Assembly: GCF_001194135.2 (NCBI RefSeq)
Contig: NC_068983.1
Span: forward strand, 120,440,552 to 120,504,551
Reading direction: 5' to 3'
DNA: 64,000 bases
Origin: Octopus bimaculoides
Lineage: Eukaryota
Part shown: positions 1 through 13,282 of the stretch, piece by piece
How the letters are laid out: every line of letters starts with the position of its first letter
Position numbering within the stretch: the stretch's first letter is position 1
Notes under the pieces: model-generated
What the model saw: the letters and a program-made list of their open reading frames with translations, nothing else
Databases searched by the model: none
Told to the model about the DNA's origin: nothing
Program-made: the position numbers and the translations under genes

Positions 1-42
<42 letters not shown>
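1..42. repeat. (AT)n microsatellite
   Basis: Pure AT dinucleotide run at window start. Confidence 0.95.
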
Positions 43-47
<5 letters not shown>

Positions 48-117
48 CACACAAGCATGCATACATATATATACTCATATACATACGTACACACACACAT
101 CATTATTTAAAACTCAC

Positions 118-277
118 CTCCAAGCTTTCTCTTCCAATCCTTCATATTATGAATTGAGTGAGTCTTTCTGAATTTGGGTTTTACAGTCAGTTTGGTATCA
201 TTCTCCCATGGCTGGGAGAAATAACTGAGGTGACTGAGAACGAATGTCTTCCATGGGATTAACAGGGTTTTCTTGTT
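118..277 (-). CDS. Candidate internal exon of an unidentified minus-strand gene (NKKTLLIPWKTFVLSHLSYFSQPWENDTKLTVKPKFRKTHSIHNMKDWKRKLG)
   Basis: Minus-strand donor GAG|GTGAGT at 118/117, acceptor ttatttacaacAG at 279-278, one open frame across 160 nt; no recognised homology. Confidence 0.3.
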
Positions 278-432
278 CTGTTGTAAATAATTTCAGAGCC
301 CACCCTACCAATCATCTGAGTATTATGTATCACAGACTGTGACTTTGGAATTGCAAACAGTATTGGGCCTGTGTGTCCTGGCTGCAGTATAATAAAAGGC
401 TGATAGCAAAGTGCTTCAAAATTTCTAGCATT

Positions 433-985
433 CATCATCATCATCATCATCATCGTTTAACGTCCGCTTTCCATGCTAGCATGGGTTGGACGATTTGACT
501 GAGGACTGGTGAAACCGGATGGCAACACCAGGCTCCAGTCTGATTTGGCAGAGTTTCTACAGCTGGATGCCCTTCCTAACGCCAACCACTCAGAGAGTGT
601 AGTGGGTGCTTTTACGTGTCACCCGCACGAAAACAGCCACGCTCGAAATGGTGTCTTTTATGTGCCACCCGCACAAGCCAGTCCAGGGGCACTGGCAACG
701 ATCTCGCTCGAAAATCCTACAGGAGCCAGTCAGGCGGTACTGGCAACGGCCACGCTCAAAATGGTGCATCTCATGTGCCACCCGCACAAGAACCAGTCCA
801 GGGGCACTGGCAACGATCTTACTTGGCTTGCCGGGTCTTCTCACGCACAGCCCATTTCCAAAGGTCTCGGTCCGTAGTCATCGCCTCGGTGAGGCCCAAT
901 GTACGAAGGTCTTGCCTCACCACCTCAGCCCAGGTCTTCCTGGGCCGACCTCTTCCACAGGTTCCCTCAACTGTTAGGGTGTAGC
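433..985 (-). mobile_element. RTE-clade LINE 3' end (ORF C-terminus, repeated 3' UTR, (GAT)n tail)
   Basis: Minus strand encodes ..VEGTCGRGRPRKTWAEVVRQDLRTLGLTE..EKTRQAK*, matching the copy at 38609-39079; catcat tail at 433-453; internally duplicated UTR block. Confidence 0.85.
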
Positions 986-1486
986 ATTAAACTGCATATT
1001 TCTACCAGCTGACTTCCATATTGCACTGAGACCTGTCTGGATGTTTTTTTTAAAAATATCATTGAGACTTTTGCTTGCCATTGATATTTTTGTATCACCT
1101 GAATAGCTAGAATGAGTACATAACTGAAAGAATATTTGAGAGAATGCATTAATCGTTCTTCTCTGAGCTACTCTATGTAAAATTATTGTATCTTTTGAAA
1201 CGGCATTGTTGTTTGCAACAGATTGACTTCTGTCTCTCAAATAATAGTCATGCAGTCTCTATCTTTTGTTTTAACATCCACTTTTCCATGGGTTGGACTG
1301 ATTTTATTATGGTGGATTTTCCATCACTCGATGCTCTTCTGCCAACCATCACCTGACAGTAAGGTAATATTTCCCCAGGCATATTTCAGAGAATATTGGG
1401 AATGAAGGTCACTATTTGCATTATAATGATACTTGTTTACTATTACACAGTATCAAGGTAAGGAGACAGTAACACACACATGGATA

Positions 1487-1522
<36 letters not shown>

Positions 1523-2759
1523 GGTGCATGACCTAGTCGTTACAGTGTTGCACTCATGATTGTGAGATAATAATTTCATTTCCTTGACTAGGTAGCATGT
1601 GTTCTTCAGGAAAACACTTCATCTCACTTTGCTCTGTGATCATTTGTACACCTGATGTATGGTATACTATACACCTGTTTAGGGAATGTTGATTTGATGG
1701 AGAGAGTGAAATAATGTACAGGACAAACGTGATCCTTATAAACATATATACATAAATATATATATATATATATATATATANNNNNNNNNNNNNNNNNNNN
1801 NNNNNNNNNNNNNNNNNNNNNNNNNNNNNNNNNNNNNNNNNNNNNNNNNNNNNNNNNNNNNNNNNNNNNNNNNNNNNNNNNNNNNNNNNNNNNNNNNNNN
1901 NNNNNNNNNNNNNNNNNNNNNNNNNNNNNNNNNNNNNNNNNNNNNNNNNNNNNNNNNNNNNNNNNNNNNNNNNNNNNNNNNNNNNNNNNNNNNNNNNNNN
2001 NNNNNNNNNNNNNNNNNNNNNNNNNNNNNNNNNNNNNNNNNNNNNNNNNNNNNNNNNNNNNNNNNNNNNNNNNNNNNNNNNNNNNNNNNNNNNNNNNNNN
2101 NNNNNNNNNNNNNNNNNNNNNNNNNNNNNNNNNNNNNNNNNNNNNNNNNNNNNNNNNNNNNNNNNNNNNNNNNNNNNNNNNNNNNNNNNNNNNNNNNNNN
2201 NNNNNNNNNNNNNNNNNNNNNNNNNNNNNNNNNNNNNNNNNNNNNNNNNNNNNNNNNNNNNNNNNNNNNNNNTATATATATATAATATATATATATATAT
2301 GTATGTGTGTGCGTATGTGTGCAAATTTGACATTATATACATATCATTAATAGTTTAGTAGTTTATTGTCCAACAACTACCAATCTATTTTGCTAAAACA
2401 TTCTGTAACAAATAGTGACTTTCTGCGTTGGGAATATAATTTTCCATCAGAAGGATATTCATGTATGTAGAATGAATGAGATGTGTATGTTTTATTAGGA
2501 ATAAATAGCCAAACAACTTCTTTTGTCATTTTTGAATAAGACAAACATATATAAATTAGTGACGGTTTTGTAATTGAACATTTTATACATGTTAAAACTA
2601 ATTCTCCTCAGTCAGAGATTTACTGAATCTGAGTATTGATTATATTTTTGAAATACATTGATTTTTTTATATATATATATATAAATGTCTTCCTAATTGA
2701 AATTATATTGTCACCGTTTTTATTTCTTATATACTTAAACTTTCTATATTGATTTCTTA

Positions 2760-2960
2760 CATAGGCACAGAGTCACACATATTTTGTAGGGAGGGAACAA
2801 TCAATTACATTGACCCAATACTTGACTGGCATTTATTTTATCGACCCCAGAAGAATGAAAGCCAAAGCGAATCAGACTGATTTGAACTCAGAATCTAAAG
2901 GGACACGACTAGACTACAAAGCGTATTGGTCCCATACTCTTACTATTCTGCCAATCAATA
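2760..2960 (-). mobile_element. tRNA-derived SINE, degenerate
   Basis: Reverse complement of the family at 7027 (tttgaactcagaa; ttttatcgacccc..gaatgaaag). Confidence 0.7.
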
Positions 2961-4071
2961 GCCTTTTAAATTTTCTTTGATATCAGTCAATCAATCAATC
3001 AATCAATGAAGCAATCAATCAATCAATAAATCAATCAATATATAAAATCTGTTTCCGATACTTTTTCCAGCCTACAGTGGAATCTGTGATGAAGTATGTC
3101 TCTCGCAACTCAGCCTTTATTTACCAACTTGGTATTGATATGTCCTCTCTGGCAATGGTGTCACAGTCATTCCTGCAGAGTACAGTTCAGCACCCCACTT
3201 GTTCTGGAAAATGTGGTCCACTCTATATTCCTCTGCTTACCCCCCACCATTTTTTCCTTTTCTTTCTCTTCCTTTCTCATCTCTCTTCTTTCTTTGTGTG
3301 TGTGAATCTTCCCAATTTAACACTTACTTCGAATATACCTCAGCATGTAACGTGAAAATGCAAAAAAAAAAAAGAAAAAGGGAAACAACTCTGTATCAAC
3401 CCTCACAAATATAGAAAAGGAATAACTTTATATCATTAAATTTTCAAAATAAGTTTACCACTCACTTCACACAGAACCGATTGTATTTCTTTCAAATAAT
3501 TAACCCTTTCAATGACAAATTCAGAATCAATTGAAAATTACTTTTGAAATAGTTCTAGCATGATATAAGCTCTTTCAGTACTGACTTGAAGTGAATGTAT
3601 GTTTTGGCATTGTTGCTTTGCTACCCTAGTCAAATCTACAACACAAAGGTAGTCAATCAAATGACTAAAAGTAAGCTCACCAAAACCCAAAGTGTCTGGC
3701 ATGTCAGTATAGCGGTTGTCATTAGCTGTTCAAGTGCATGTTATTAAAAGGAAAAGCAGTATGAATCACCATAAGACATTTTTGTGTATAAATACATTGT
3801 TTATTTTGTGTTCACCTTTTGTGGTGGAAGCATGTAGTATGATACAAAAACATGTGTGTTTACATACAAAGAAAGTTTTGATTTTTGCTTTTGCACTGAA
3901 AAAAGTAACATATAATATTTGTATTACAGTATGTATGCATGTGTTTAATGAGAACAGTCATTATGAGAATGTATGTGTGATAAAATATCTTCATTTATGA
4001 ACCATATATCTTGTGTCAAGATGAATAGACATGTGAATTGCATGTGGAGCTGCTGAGAAGACATGTGTTTT

Positions 4072-4667
4072 TGACCGAAGCCTGGTAGGAACTGAGAGTT
4101 TCTACTGTGTAGCTCAGAACAAGGCTACTGTATCAAAGTGAGGCTAGATGTCTCATCGATATAGTTGTCTGCTGTGCGGGTCAACTGACATATTACTATG
4201 TAATATTTAGCTCTGCTACATAGCCTCCTGCTAGACTTGAAAAAATAGAAATGGTGTATGTAAATATGCAGTGCAAAAAGCAGATAAGAACATGGAATAC
4301 AAACAGAAAGAGGCAATACAACAAAAAATGAGAAACTGAAATGAAAAGGCAAAGCATGGTTAGGGTAAACAGAATATGAACATAAAGAAATAAGCATAAT
4401 GTTCAAGTTGATTAGATTAAGTTCAAAGGAATACTGTGAAGAACAAAACTGCATTGTAGGTAGCAGACAAATATATCAATGAGGTGTCTAGCCCCACTTT
4501 GATACAGTAGCCTCATTTTGAGACACTAGCCTCGTTCTGAGCTACACTGTAGAAACTCTCAGTTCCTGCCAGGCTTCAGTCAAAGTGAGGCTAGATGCCT
4601 CATCAATATATTCATCTGCTGTGCAGGTCGACTCACATATTACTATGTAATATGTAGCTCTGCTACA
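4072..4667. repeat. Composite inverted plus direct duplication (A-B-C, spacer, revB-revA, B-C)
   Basis: 4072-4172 pairs as inverted copy with 4462-4583; 4132-4220 recurs directly at 4580-4667. Confidence 0.85.
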
Positions 4668-5399
4668 TCAGTTTTAGTTAAGTATTAGCATACCAGTGTT
4701 TGTTCATGACCATCCCATCCTTTTGGTCATCATATATATAATAATTATTACATGAAATTGCTTATTGTTGAAATATAATGCTCCTATGTTAGACAAAGAC
4801 CTCTAGAAAACCAAAAAAAAATAAAAATAAAAAATAGAGCTCTATCAAGATTTATGATTATATTAAAGCTTTAAAGTTTGTATAATAGCACTCACCTCTT
4901 TTATAATTATCTAGTTTCCTATGATTTTCACTACTCATCCAATAGCTTAATTGTGTCAGCAATCAAAGTAAGTTGCATCAAACAAGAAATTCTTTTTTCA
5001 GGTTACAATTGTCATCTTAGCAGCAGATGTTATGCAAAGAGTTGTTTCATGAATGCTGCACAATGGACCACTCAGCTACTCTAACACACTAACACACCAC
5101 ATGTTATCATCTCGTCTCTTCAAAAGTTATTTTCAGTATTATCATTAATGGATATACTGGATATAACTGGAGTTTCAAACACTTTATCAATGCAATATAT
5201 GTATGGAGTCATAAATTAATTTATCGTAATGAGGAAGGGAGTATCAGTGAAACTGAAGGGATATGTATGATGCATGCATGAAAAATACTATGAAAATATT
5301 ATTACAATGGTTAATGGGGTTGAGATATGGGTAATGAAATGGGAATGGTTCAATGGATGAGTGGAGTTTAACAGTGAGATTGAAGTGAGGTGGGGGTGA

Positions 5400-5690
5400 A
5401 GATAATTAATTGCAGAAAATGATGGGAACACAGTGATGAATATTGTGAAGAGAAATGGGATGAAGTGGTTGGGTCATGTGCTGAGAAAGAATGAAAGTGA
5501 CTGGGTAAGAAGAGAGATGGTAACAAATGTGAAAGGAAGAAGGGGAAAACCAAGAATGATATGGATAAAGATGATAGGAGAGGAGATGAAGGCAAAGGGA
5601 TGGAGAAAAAATTATGTTGAGGACAGGTAAAAATATAAATGTCATGGGGATCCACAAGGCTAATCTCTGTATAAGCAGGGAAATGACCTT
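5400..5690 (+). mobile_element. RTE-like LINE 3' coding remnant
   Basis: ORF 5433-5630 KWLGHVLRK..KGRRGKPRMIW..EEMKAKG matches the RTE C-terminal W(F/L)GHVxR..GRRxRGRP motif. Confidence 0.7.
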
Positions 5691-5989
5691 AAAATGCTTG
5701 TATTGTATTGAATTAATATAGCTTTTTCATCTGCAATAGTTGGTTCAATCTCTGTAAATAAGCATGTTAACCAGAACATTTAATTATATCTGAAGGTGTC
5801 TGAAACCAAGTCATTATGTGGTCAACATATGTTGGGTCTATGTTCCAAGGGAACAAAATTTGAAGTAGACTTCAAAAGTGAAAAAAAATTATCAATATTT
5901 GCTGTTGCAATTATGAAAATTATTTTATTTCAATTATACTGATTGACAATTACAGTCAAACAATAACTTCACTTTTATAGATGGCTGTT

Positions 5990-6480
5990 GCTAAGAAATA
6001 ACATAATGGTTGAGAAAATACAGCAACCTTGGGCAAGTGTCTTCTATTATTGCCATGGGCCAATCATAACCTTGTGAGTGGATTTGGAAGATGGAAACTG
6101 AAAGAGCCCTGTTGTGTGTGCAATGTGTATGTGTGTGTGTGTGTGTGTGTGTTGCCACTACCAACATTGACTCAAGCCTCCATCCCATTATGAAGTGATT
6201 TGATTATTGATACAAAGTGATAAGGGCATCCAAGTTTGCCAAATATTTTCCATAGGGAGGCCCTAGTCACAGTATCAAAGACCTTGGTTAAATCAATGAA
6301 TACCTGGACAAGATCCATATTCTGCTTATAGTTTAATCAGCAATAAAGACTATTTGATACCTAGATTTTTGGATGTTTTTTAATTGCATAGGTTTTCAAA
6401 ATGATACTTAGTATATTGAAGGAAGGTGTGTGAGGAAACCATTTGGTGATTCAGGCTGCATTTATTTCGGATCTTAAGAA
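5990..6480 (-). mobile_element. LINE reverse-transcriptase fragment (RTE-like), broken by a SINE with (CA)n at about 6035-6150
   Basis: Minus strand 6350-6175 reads QNMDLVQVFIDLTKVFDTVTRASLWKIFGKLGCPYHFVSIIKSLHNGM, the RT FIDLxKAFDTV motif; PESxxGF-like motif upstream. Confidence 0.75.
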
Positions 6481-6559
6481 GTGAGGATTGATTCTGGTGT
6501 TTTTATAGATTTAAAAGCATGCTTTATAACATTAAAAATGCATTCATGAATAATAATGG

Positions 6560-6768
6560 TCTCATATTTTGGCACAAGACCAGCAGTTTCAGGGGAGGCG
6601 ATAAATCGATTATATCGACCCCAGTGCTCAACTGATACTTATTTTATCAACCCTAAAAGGATGAAGGCAAAGTCAACCCTGGCAGCCTTTGAACTCAGAA
6701 CATAGACAAACAAAATGCCACTAAGCATTTTTTCCAGTATGGTAACAACTCTACCAGCTTTCTGCTTT
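6560..6768 (-). mobile_element. tRNA-derived SINE
   Basis: Reverse complement of the 7027 copy (gatgaaggcaaagtcaac..tttgaactcagaac). Confidence 0.8.
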
Positions 6769-7026
6769 ATCATTCATGAATAATAATAGGTTTCTACCTA
6801 TTGCATAATAGCATTTTGTTAGTGAATAGTTTTAATTCAAACTCAATCATTCATGGAAAAGCTTCAAATATTTTGAGTCGATATTCAATATTATCTTTAT
6901 AAAATCATGTTGCACTACCAGAAAGAGTAAAACTTTTTGAATGATCTGAAACCATGGTTATCTCCAGTCAATATGTTTTGATAAGACATATTGACTGGAT
7001 AAGACTTGATAAAACATATTGACTAA

Positions 7027-7260
7027 AGGTGGAGAGCTGGCAGAAACGTTAGCGTGCCAGGTGAAATGCTTAGTGGTATTTCGTCTACCGTTATGTTCTG
7101 AGTTCAAATTCTGCCCAGGTCGACTTTGCCTTTCATCCTTTCAGGGTTGATAAATTAAGTACCATTTACGCACTGGGATCGATGTAATCAACTTAATCCC
7201 ATTTTTCTGTCCTTGTTTGTTCCCTCTATGTTTAACCCCTTGTGGGCAACAAAGAAATAA
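7027..7260 (+). mobile_element. tRNA-derived SINE, near full length
   Basis: A-box-like tggcagaaacg, B-box gagttcaaattc, body gtcgactttgcctttcatccttt recurring many times in the window. Confidence 0.85.
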
Positions 7261-8570
7261 GAATGTTCAGAGCTAGGTTTAGAGGATATTCTGTTGTTCA
7301 GACTCTGAAAAAGACAAAGGAAATTTTCAGAATAGAGGATAAGTTGGTTAAATTTTGAGCACATGTGAAAATATGCATTATTAAAACAGTTATGAGGAAA
7401 CTAAGGGATCTTGCTGTGTTTCTTCCAGCCACTTAAAGTATTTAAAATTTTCAATGAAGTTCCAAAGAAAGCACAGTAGAAAACTGCAATTATGTCACAG
7501 CAGACAAGATACTCACCGTTAGAATGCTTTTAAAGAATATATGCCTTTGGTAAAAAAAAGTCTTGTCAAGATGTTTACAATATTCCCTGCTGTGAGATAA
7601 CAGCTAAATCTCCATTTGAAACAGAAAATTACTCTCAACCTTAACCCCTGGTACTTTGATTCTTTGTAACTTCTTTTTCTTTAATATTGAATATTTTTGT
7701 ATCTCCAAAGGAATCAATGGTTAATGTTGACATTATTACCCGGAAACGGAAAAAACAAATAGTGCAACGGGTGTAAAAGGAAAAGGTGTAGAAAACGAAT
7801 CTGAAAACAAACATGTGTGGAGAGCAATGGGAGCGGGGAGAGGCCTTCGGAAAATTCACAAGATCCCTCATAACTTTTAGGAAAATGTTTTTATTTTTAA
7901 ATGAAATTTTATCTAAATACCTTTCAAACAGTATAGATTACGATTACCCTTTAAACAGCATGCGTTACAGATGCCTAATGTACCGCAAACCCTTTAATTT
8001 ACTTCGGAAAAGTGGGGTGCCGGAATTATTGGAAAATGTTTTTCGTTTTTTCGATGAATGAATTACGGTGACCTGATATGCCACAAAACACTTTTCTTGT
8101 CTGGAAAATAGGGGCTGTTTCTTTCTTTTAAATTTCGTTGAATTTTTACAAGTGCACCTTTATAAAAATTAGTGCTAACGAAGTCTGGACAGGAGAGAGA
8201 AAGAATGATACAAAATCCTTATAAAACCACGTTAGAGAAAGAATGATACAAAATCCTTATTAAAACCACGTTAGTGTTTGTGCATGCGTGAAACCTTTTG
8301 CATACCTCTTAAAAATCACTAGTTTTCAAATGGTATCCAATGTTTTCACTTTTCTTCAGCAATATTTCGTGCCGAAATTTTAATCGGGTAAACTAATACA
8401 TTTCAATTTTGTGTGGAGAGAGGGAGAGAGAGTCACACACATCTTTCATGTAATATAATTTGTGTAGCTAAACTTCCAATGGCATAGCAATGTCATGGGT
8501 CAAACTGAGCGAGCGAGTGAGTGATTTCATATATATATATATGTGTGTCTGTGTATGTGTATCTATAGTA

Positions 8571-9076
8571 TTAGGTTGTCAAGAAAGTTCTTGCAGTTTT
8601 TAACCTTTAAATTCAAATGCATATATCTCAGCTTAAACAAAGCTTTAATAATCGAAATAAACGCTATCAGAATCAACACACCTTTGCCAACGCAAAACAA
8701 GTTTATTTATGCCTGTTGTGTAAAAATTATGCGTTCTAGTGGCGATGAAGTTGTGTGTAGCATCGTCTTAGTTTTTGAAGCATTTCTCATGCAGGAAGTT
8801 GTCGAGATGCTTGAAAAAGTGGTAGTCGATAGGTCTCGTGAGTATGGCGGCTGAGGCAGAGTTTCGTAGCCCAATTCGTTCAACTTCAGCAGGGTCAGTT
8901 GTGCGACGTACGGCCGAGCATTGTCGTGGAGAAGAATTGGTCCTTTTCTATTGACCAAGGCAAGCTGTTGTCGGAGTTTCTTATGCATTTCATCCATTTG
9001 CTGACAGTACTTCTCTGCCATAATGGTTTCACCTGGATCCAAAAAGCTGTGATGGATGAGACCAGCCGCAGAGAAA
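8571..9076 (-). mobile_element. Mariner transposon 3' fragment
   Basis: TA + TTAGGTTG end at 8569-8578; minus ORF with ILLHDNARP and PPYSxDL motifs; frameshifted. Confidence 0.9.
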
Positions 9077-9198
9077 TAAGAACCCAGGTACGAAATTTCC
9101 CCAAGACACCTGATGAAGGCTGGAGGGTATATCAGCTGAAACGTTGTGTTAACAACAAACAAGATGAGGACAAATATCTGTCAATTGTAAATAATGTT
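9077..9198 (+). mobile_element. Fragment of the hammerhead-bearing SINE-like element (same family as 34620-34995)
   Basis: Near-identical to the reverse complement of 34650-34765. Confidence 0.9.
9105..9150 (+). ncRNA. Minimal type I hammerhead ribozyme motif (family 1)
   Basis: gacac-CTGATGA-A-ggctg(gagggtatat)cagct-GAAA-cg-TT-gtgtt: stem I gacac/gtgtt, stem II with G.U closing pair, palindromic ACGT stem III. Confidence 0.7.
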
Positions 9199-9419
9199 TT
9201 AACTGAATCAACTAATTTTGATTTTGAAAATTTTTATTTCGTTGTTCAAATTCTGTAATATATTATTTAGATTTACACAGCAGAGTAAAGTAAAAACGTC
9301 AAATACACGACCATTATACAAGTAAAAAAAAAGAAACGTATATAAAGTTTTGGGCTCAGAGACAGATAGTCCATGAAAATTTTCTCGGTTTTTAGACCCC
9401 CACCCCACCCCCGATTGCT

Positions 9420-10660
9420 CTTCGAAGACACTGACAAAAGTTATTCTGGATGTTCTTTTGCCACCTAGACATTTCGTTGGACTCAAAGTTATGCTGCATT
9501 TCCTTTGATAGTGCAAGTACCATGAGCGGGAACATTTCAGGCGTACAAAAGAGATTAAATGGCTTGTTTCCTGGTACATATTTTGTATACTGCAGAAATC
9601 TCTCTCTCGGCCTTGTCCTCCAAGAAGCTAGCTCTACAATTGCCATTGTTGCTGATCCACTGAATTTGTTCACCAATGTGCCGTTCTTTTGAAAAAAATC
9701 ATAAAAAAGAAAAGCGCCATGGACAAGCCTTAGCGGTGAGAATGTCGTCATGCTGCAAACTGTGTCCAATTCGTTGGTGCATTTGAGCAATAGCACTGAT
9801 ATGGACTGAAACCAACGATAAAAAGATTCAGGATTTCTTGCTGAAGATTCTGAATGACACATAACTAAGAACAACAACAGAGGCCACTGTCACAGGACTG
9901 TGAAACAATTTGGCAAAACTTCCACTTTGTTCGGTAATAAGATTGCTGGGGAAGTATTTGGAGTGTGTGAATTAGTGGTACAAAGCTTACAGCATCCAGG
10001 CTCAACAGCCAGTGACTGTTTGAAGCTGATGGAGAAGCTGAAGAACTCTTTTTCAAAAATGAGAAACGAGGAAGTTTTTGAAAACTACTTCGTCGAAGTA
10101 TCCTCTGCTGACCTAGCGAAAATGCCCGACTCTTCTCGTTCTAAGAATATACCACTGCATTTCAAACATACAATAACCGCTGAAAAAGGTGTTCTCTCTG
10201 CGTCGATAATCTTTCGGCATCACTGATGTCGTCAAAAGTGAACTGAATCGCCGTTTTCAGCGAGAGGGAATGCACATGTGCATTTAACGAGAGAATTTGC
10301 TGTTATCAGCAGTTAACTCTGGCACGTTTGAGTTCGCAAATGCATACCTGTCTCCTTCTTTTGTCATGCCTCACTGTCATCATAATTGAAACACATTGCC
10401 GGCCTGTGGATGGAAAAGGAAACTTTGCCTAAGTCATTGGATGACGTTATTGGAAAATGGAGAGCTTCTGATGCTGTTATTCATTCTAGTATGCCACAAT
10501 CGATGATGCTAATGCAACTTATTCCGTCTTCACCTGTGTCTGCTGCATCAAAGAAGAGAACGTTCGTCGCACTTCGTTTGAAGACTTAGTTCCGTAAGAC
10601 AATGACGCAACACCGTCTGACGCATTGTACTGTAATGCATTTACATAAAAAAACTTGTAC
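9420..10660 (+). pseudogene. Decayed hAT transposase (ZMYM1/Tip100-like)
   Basis: CISFDSASTMSG..VQ..YFVYC..L.LVLQEA block and C-terminal SPVSAASKKRTFVALRLKT..TMTQHRL dimerisation-domain motif; multiple stops and frameshifts. Confidence 0.8.
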
Positions 10661-10782
10661 AATGAAAGCGCTCTTGAATATCCTCCTAGAAAACTTTATC
10701 GCTAAAACGAAAATAATTTTTGGACTGATTTAAAACATTACTTTTCCATTATTAGATCTATCTGATTTCATTGATGTAAAGC

Positions 10783-10784
<2 letters not shown>

Positions 10785-10821
<37 letters not shown>
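10785..10821. repeat. (TAA)n microsatellite
   Basis: Direct reading. Confidence 0.95.
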
Positions 10822-10822
<1 letters not shown>

Positions 10823-11499
10823 TGACCACAAAGGGTTTACATCAAGAAAAACATTATGGACGGCACCCACAAAGCAAATTTCGTTCCCGAGCCACTGTAT
10901 AACTTTTATTTTTGATGCCAGCAAAAGGCACTATATTTTATAGGAAAGAGAAATTGGAAATACAATTGTGTATTTCTGAGATGAGTAATTTATATCAGTC
11001 TTGTAAGCTGCATATCAACCTCACAGTATACACAATAAAAATGGTAATGAGAGCAACATGAAGTGAAAAAGTTTCAGTCGAGAATCGAATCTTGCACTCG
11101 ATTTCGATTCGCCGATACTTGTTACGTACCAATTTATCCCGAGCACTAAAACGATTAATAGATTAAATTGTTTGACCTTTCGCAATGAAAAGCATCTATT
11201 AATTGAAGGCTATATATTGACACAGGGGAATAAAGAATGGGGGTGTAGCATGCATTCTTTGCTGTGGAATGATTTCAGCTAATTAATCTAATGCTCATCT
11301 AAGAAAAAAACTTCCACTGAAAAAATGCTTGTCTATTCAACTTTTCTAGCAGTACTGGTGCAGAACATGTTTCGCAGCATATAGAATAAAATTCTAAAGA
11401 AACACATGCAGAGTATTTGAACTTCTGACCCATTACATGTTACATGAAAGAATCGAAACCTAGTTGCAGAATATGTAAAAAAAAAAAAATCAAGCAGTG

Positions 11500-13282
11500 A
11501 AAAATTGTTGTCGGTGTGAGTAGTTTCCCTTGAGTAAGCTGTCTCATAATCAGGTACTACTTTGGCGCGGAGCCATCAATGAGAAGGCTGGCAGTACACG
11601 ATATAAGCAGAATTAAAATATAATGGAGCAGTATTACACTACGTTTCAGTGGCTCAGCCGTCGCTTGTTAACACCATTACTTCAAAAGACTTTATTCTGT
11701 TTCGTACTCGTTCACCTTAATGTAACAAATGAATAAGCTTCTTGGCCTTTTCGTTTTTCTTTTCTGGTTGTAATAGTTTCTCCGTGTAATTTAAATGAAA
11801 TGGGAATGAAAGCAGCGACAACGATGACGTTCGTTTTATCGTATTGCTACCATTAATTTTGACGTACAAGGTTCGCGTCGTTAGCTGTTTTATAACACGG
11901 TAAGTTGCAATGACACATTTGACAATTCATTTAATTCATCGTCATTATAATAATAATTTTTTTACCCACCTTTTTATTGTTTCACTTTAATTTTCCCCCA
12001 CTGCGTGGACTCGTTCGAAGAGCCGAACGTGTTGAAAATGTATTTTCCGAAGAGTCATTGTTGTCGGGTCCTCTTTACCTTGTTTATGCTTTTGAGGAAA
12101 GGCATGAACACCACGTAATTGTTAAGCCGAAACCTTGTGCTACTATAAGAAATCAGTACCATAAAACCTATTAGTTTATAAGCTTCTGTTTGTCAATAAG
12201 ATTTTATTTAGAAAGGTATTTTACGTTCTTCTCTTTTTTGCTCTGTCTGCTGTTTATATATTTTAATTTGCAGTTATATTCGGTTATTTCTCTTTAGAAC
12301 TATTTCTCTTTGCTTGCATAGCATTTATCCTTGGTAAAAGCATGAAAACTACACATTTCAATTTCTTGCGTAAGAATTTTCGATTTTTTTACCTGTGTAG
12401 TAAATAAAAAAAAAATCGTTCTGCTTTGAAGGGTTCACAATTTATTCGATATTTTAAGTGTGCTGGTTATATATTGTTTATATACTAGTTTAGGAAGTCC
12501 GCATTCTTGCCATTCATAAAGTTGCTGTGTTGTATTCGGAAAATTGCAAGATTTTTTTTTTCCGCCTCATTATTGCTATCTGTACACCGAATGTTTATGT
12601 AGAAACTACATTTTAAAGTCTCCTGAAAATAAATTGACTATGAATAAATAAATAGTCCACTGCTTCCTTTCACATGTCTCCCGGTATTTGGCTAAGTAGT
12701 GTTTATGTATGTGTCTACTGTTTTTTCTTGAAATTTCCTTGGTTTAAATTTAATTATATAGATCAATTATATCTATGACACAACAATAAATTAATACATT
12801 TTAATTGAGAATGTATGCAACCATTTGCATTCTTTGGGGAGTCGTAGCCAATGTAAATATGAATATATTTACGCAGATTCTTGGTGTTAATAAATCTTCC
12901 CCTTTCTTTCTTTACATAGATTTCTGCTTTGATTATTATTTTAGAGTTTCAAATGTGAAACCACCCTTTTAAAAACACTCGCTATTTGTCTTAATCTTTC
13001 ATCCTGTTTATTTTTCCATTAATATATTTTTGCAGTCATAACCCTTCCTCCAGTTTTCCGTCTAGTTTCCTTGTTTTTATGCCTTCCATTGTCCGCACTG
13101 GAACTGAAACTAAGTTCTTAATTTCGATAGATCTGCTGTATACTGTGTTGGAAATATGACGGTGAATTGTTAGATTTTCAGTGTTAAAAGACGAAAATAG
13201 AGAGATGGTTTAGTGCTTATTTTCCTAATGTATTCTGTTTTAACTCGTCGACGCGTACTAGAGAATATAGCTCCCGGTAAGT
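11500..13282 (+). promoter_or_regulatory. Candidate promoter / non-coding first exon region of the Kelch gene
   Basis: Visibly CpG-richer, repeat-poor stretch ending in a consensus donor CCG|GTAAGT at 13276/13277; the first coding exon has an acceptor 4 nt before its ATG, so an upstream exon is needed. Confidence 0.3.

Noticed and set aside
495-520. CTGAGGA..GAAAC as a hammerhead
   Set aside because: Only 5 nt between the core halves, no stem II or stem I; it is the antisense of an RTE tail
3077-3355. Plus-strand coding exon (PTVESVMKYV..)
   Set aside because: No convincing donor, and the frame runs into a pyrimidine tract; the minus-strand reading fits splice signals better, but neither is established
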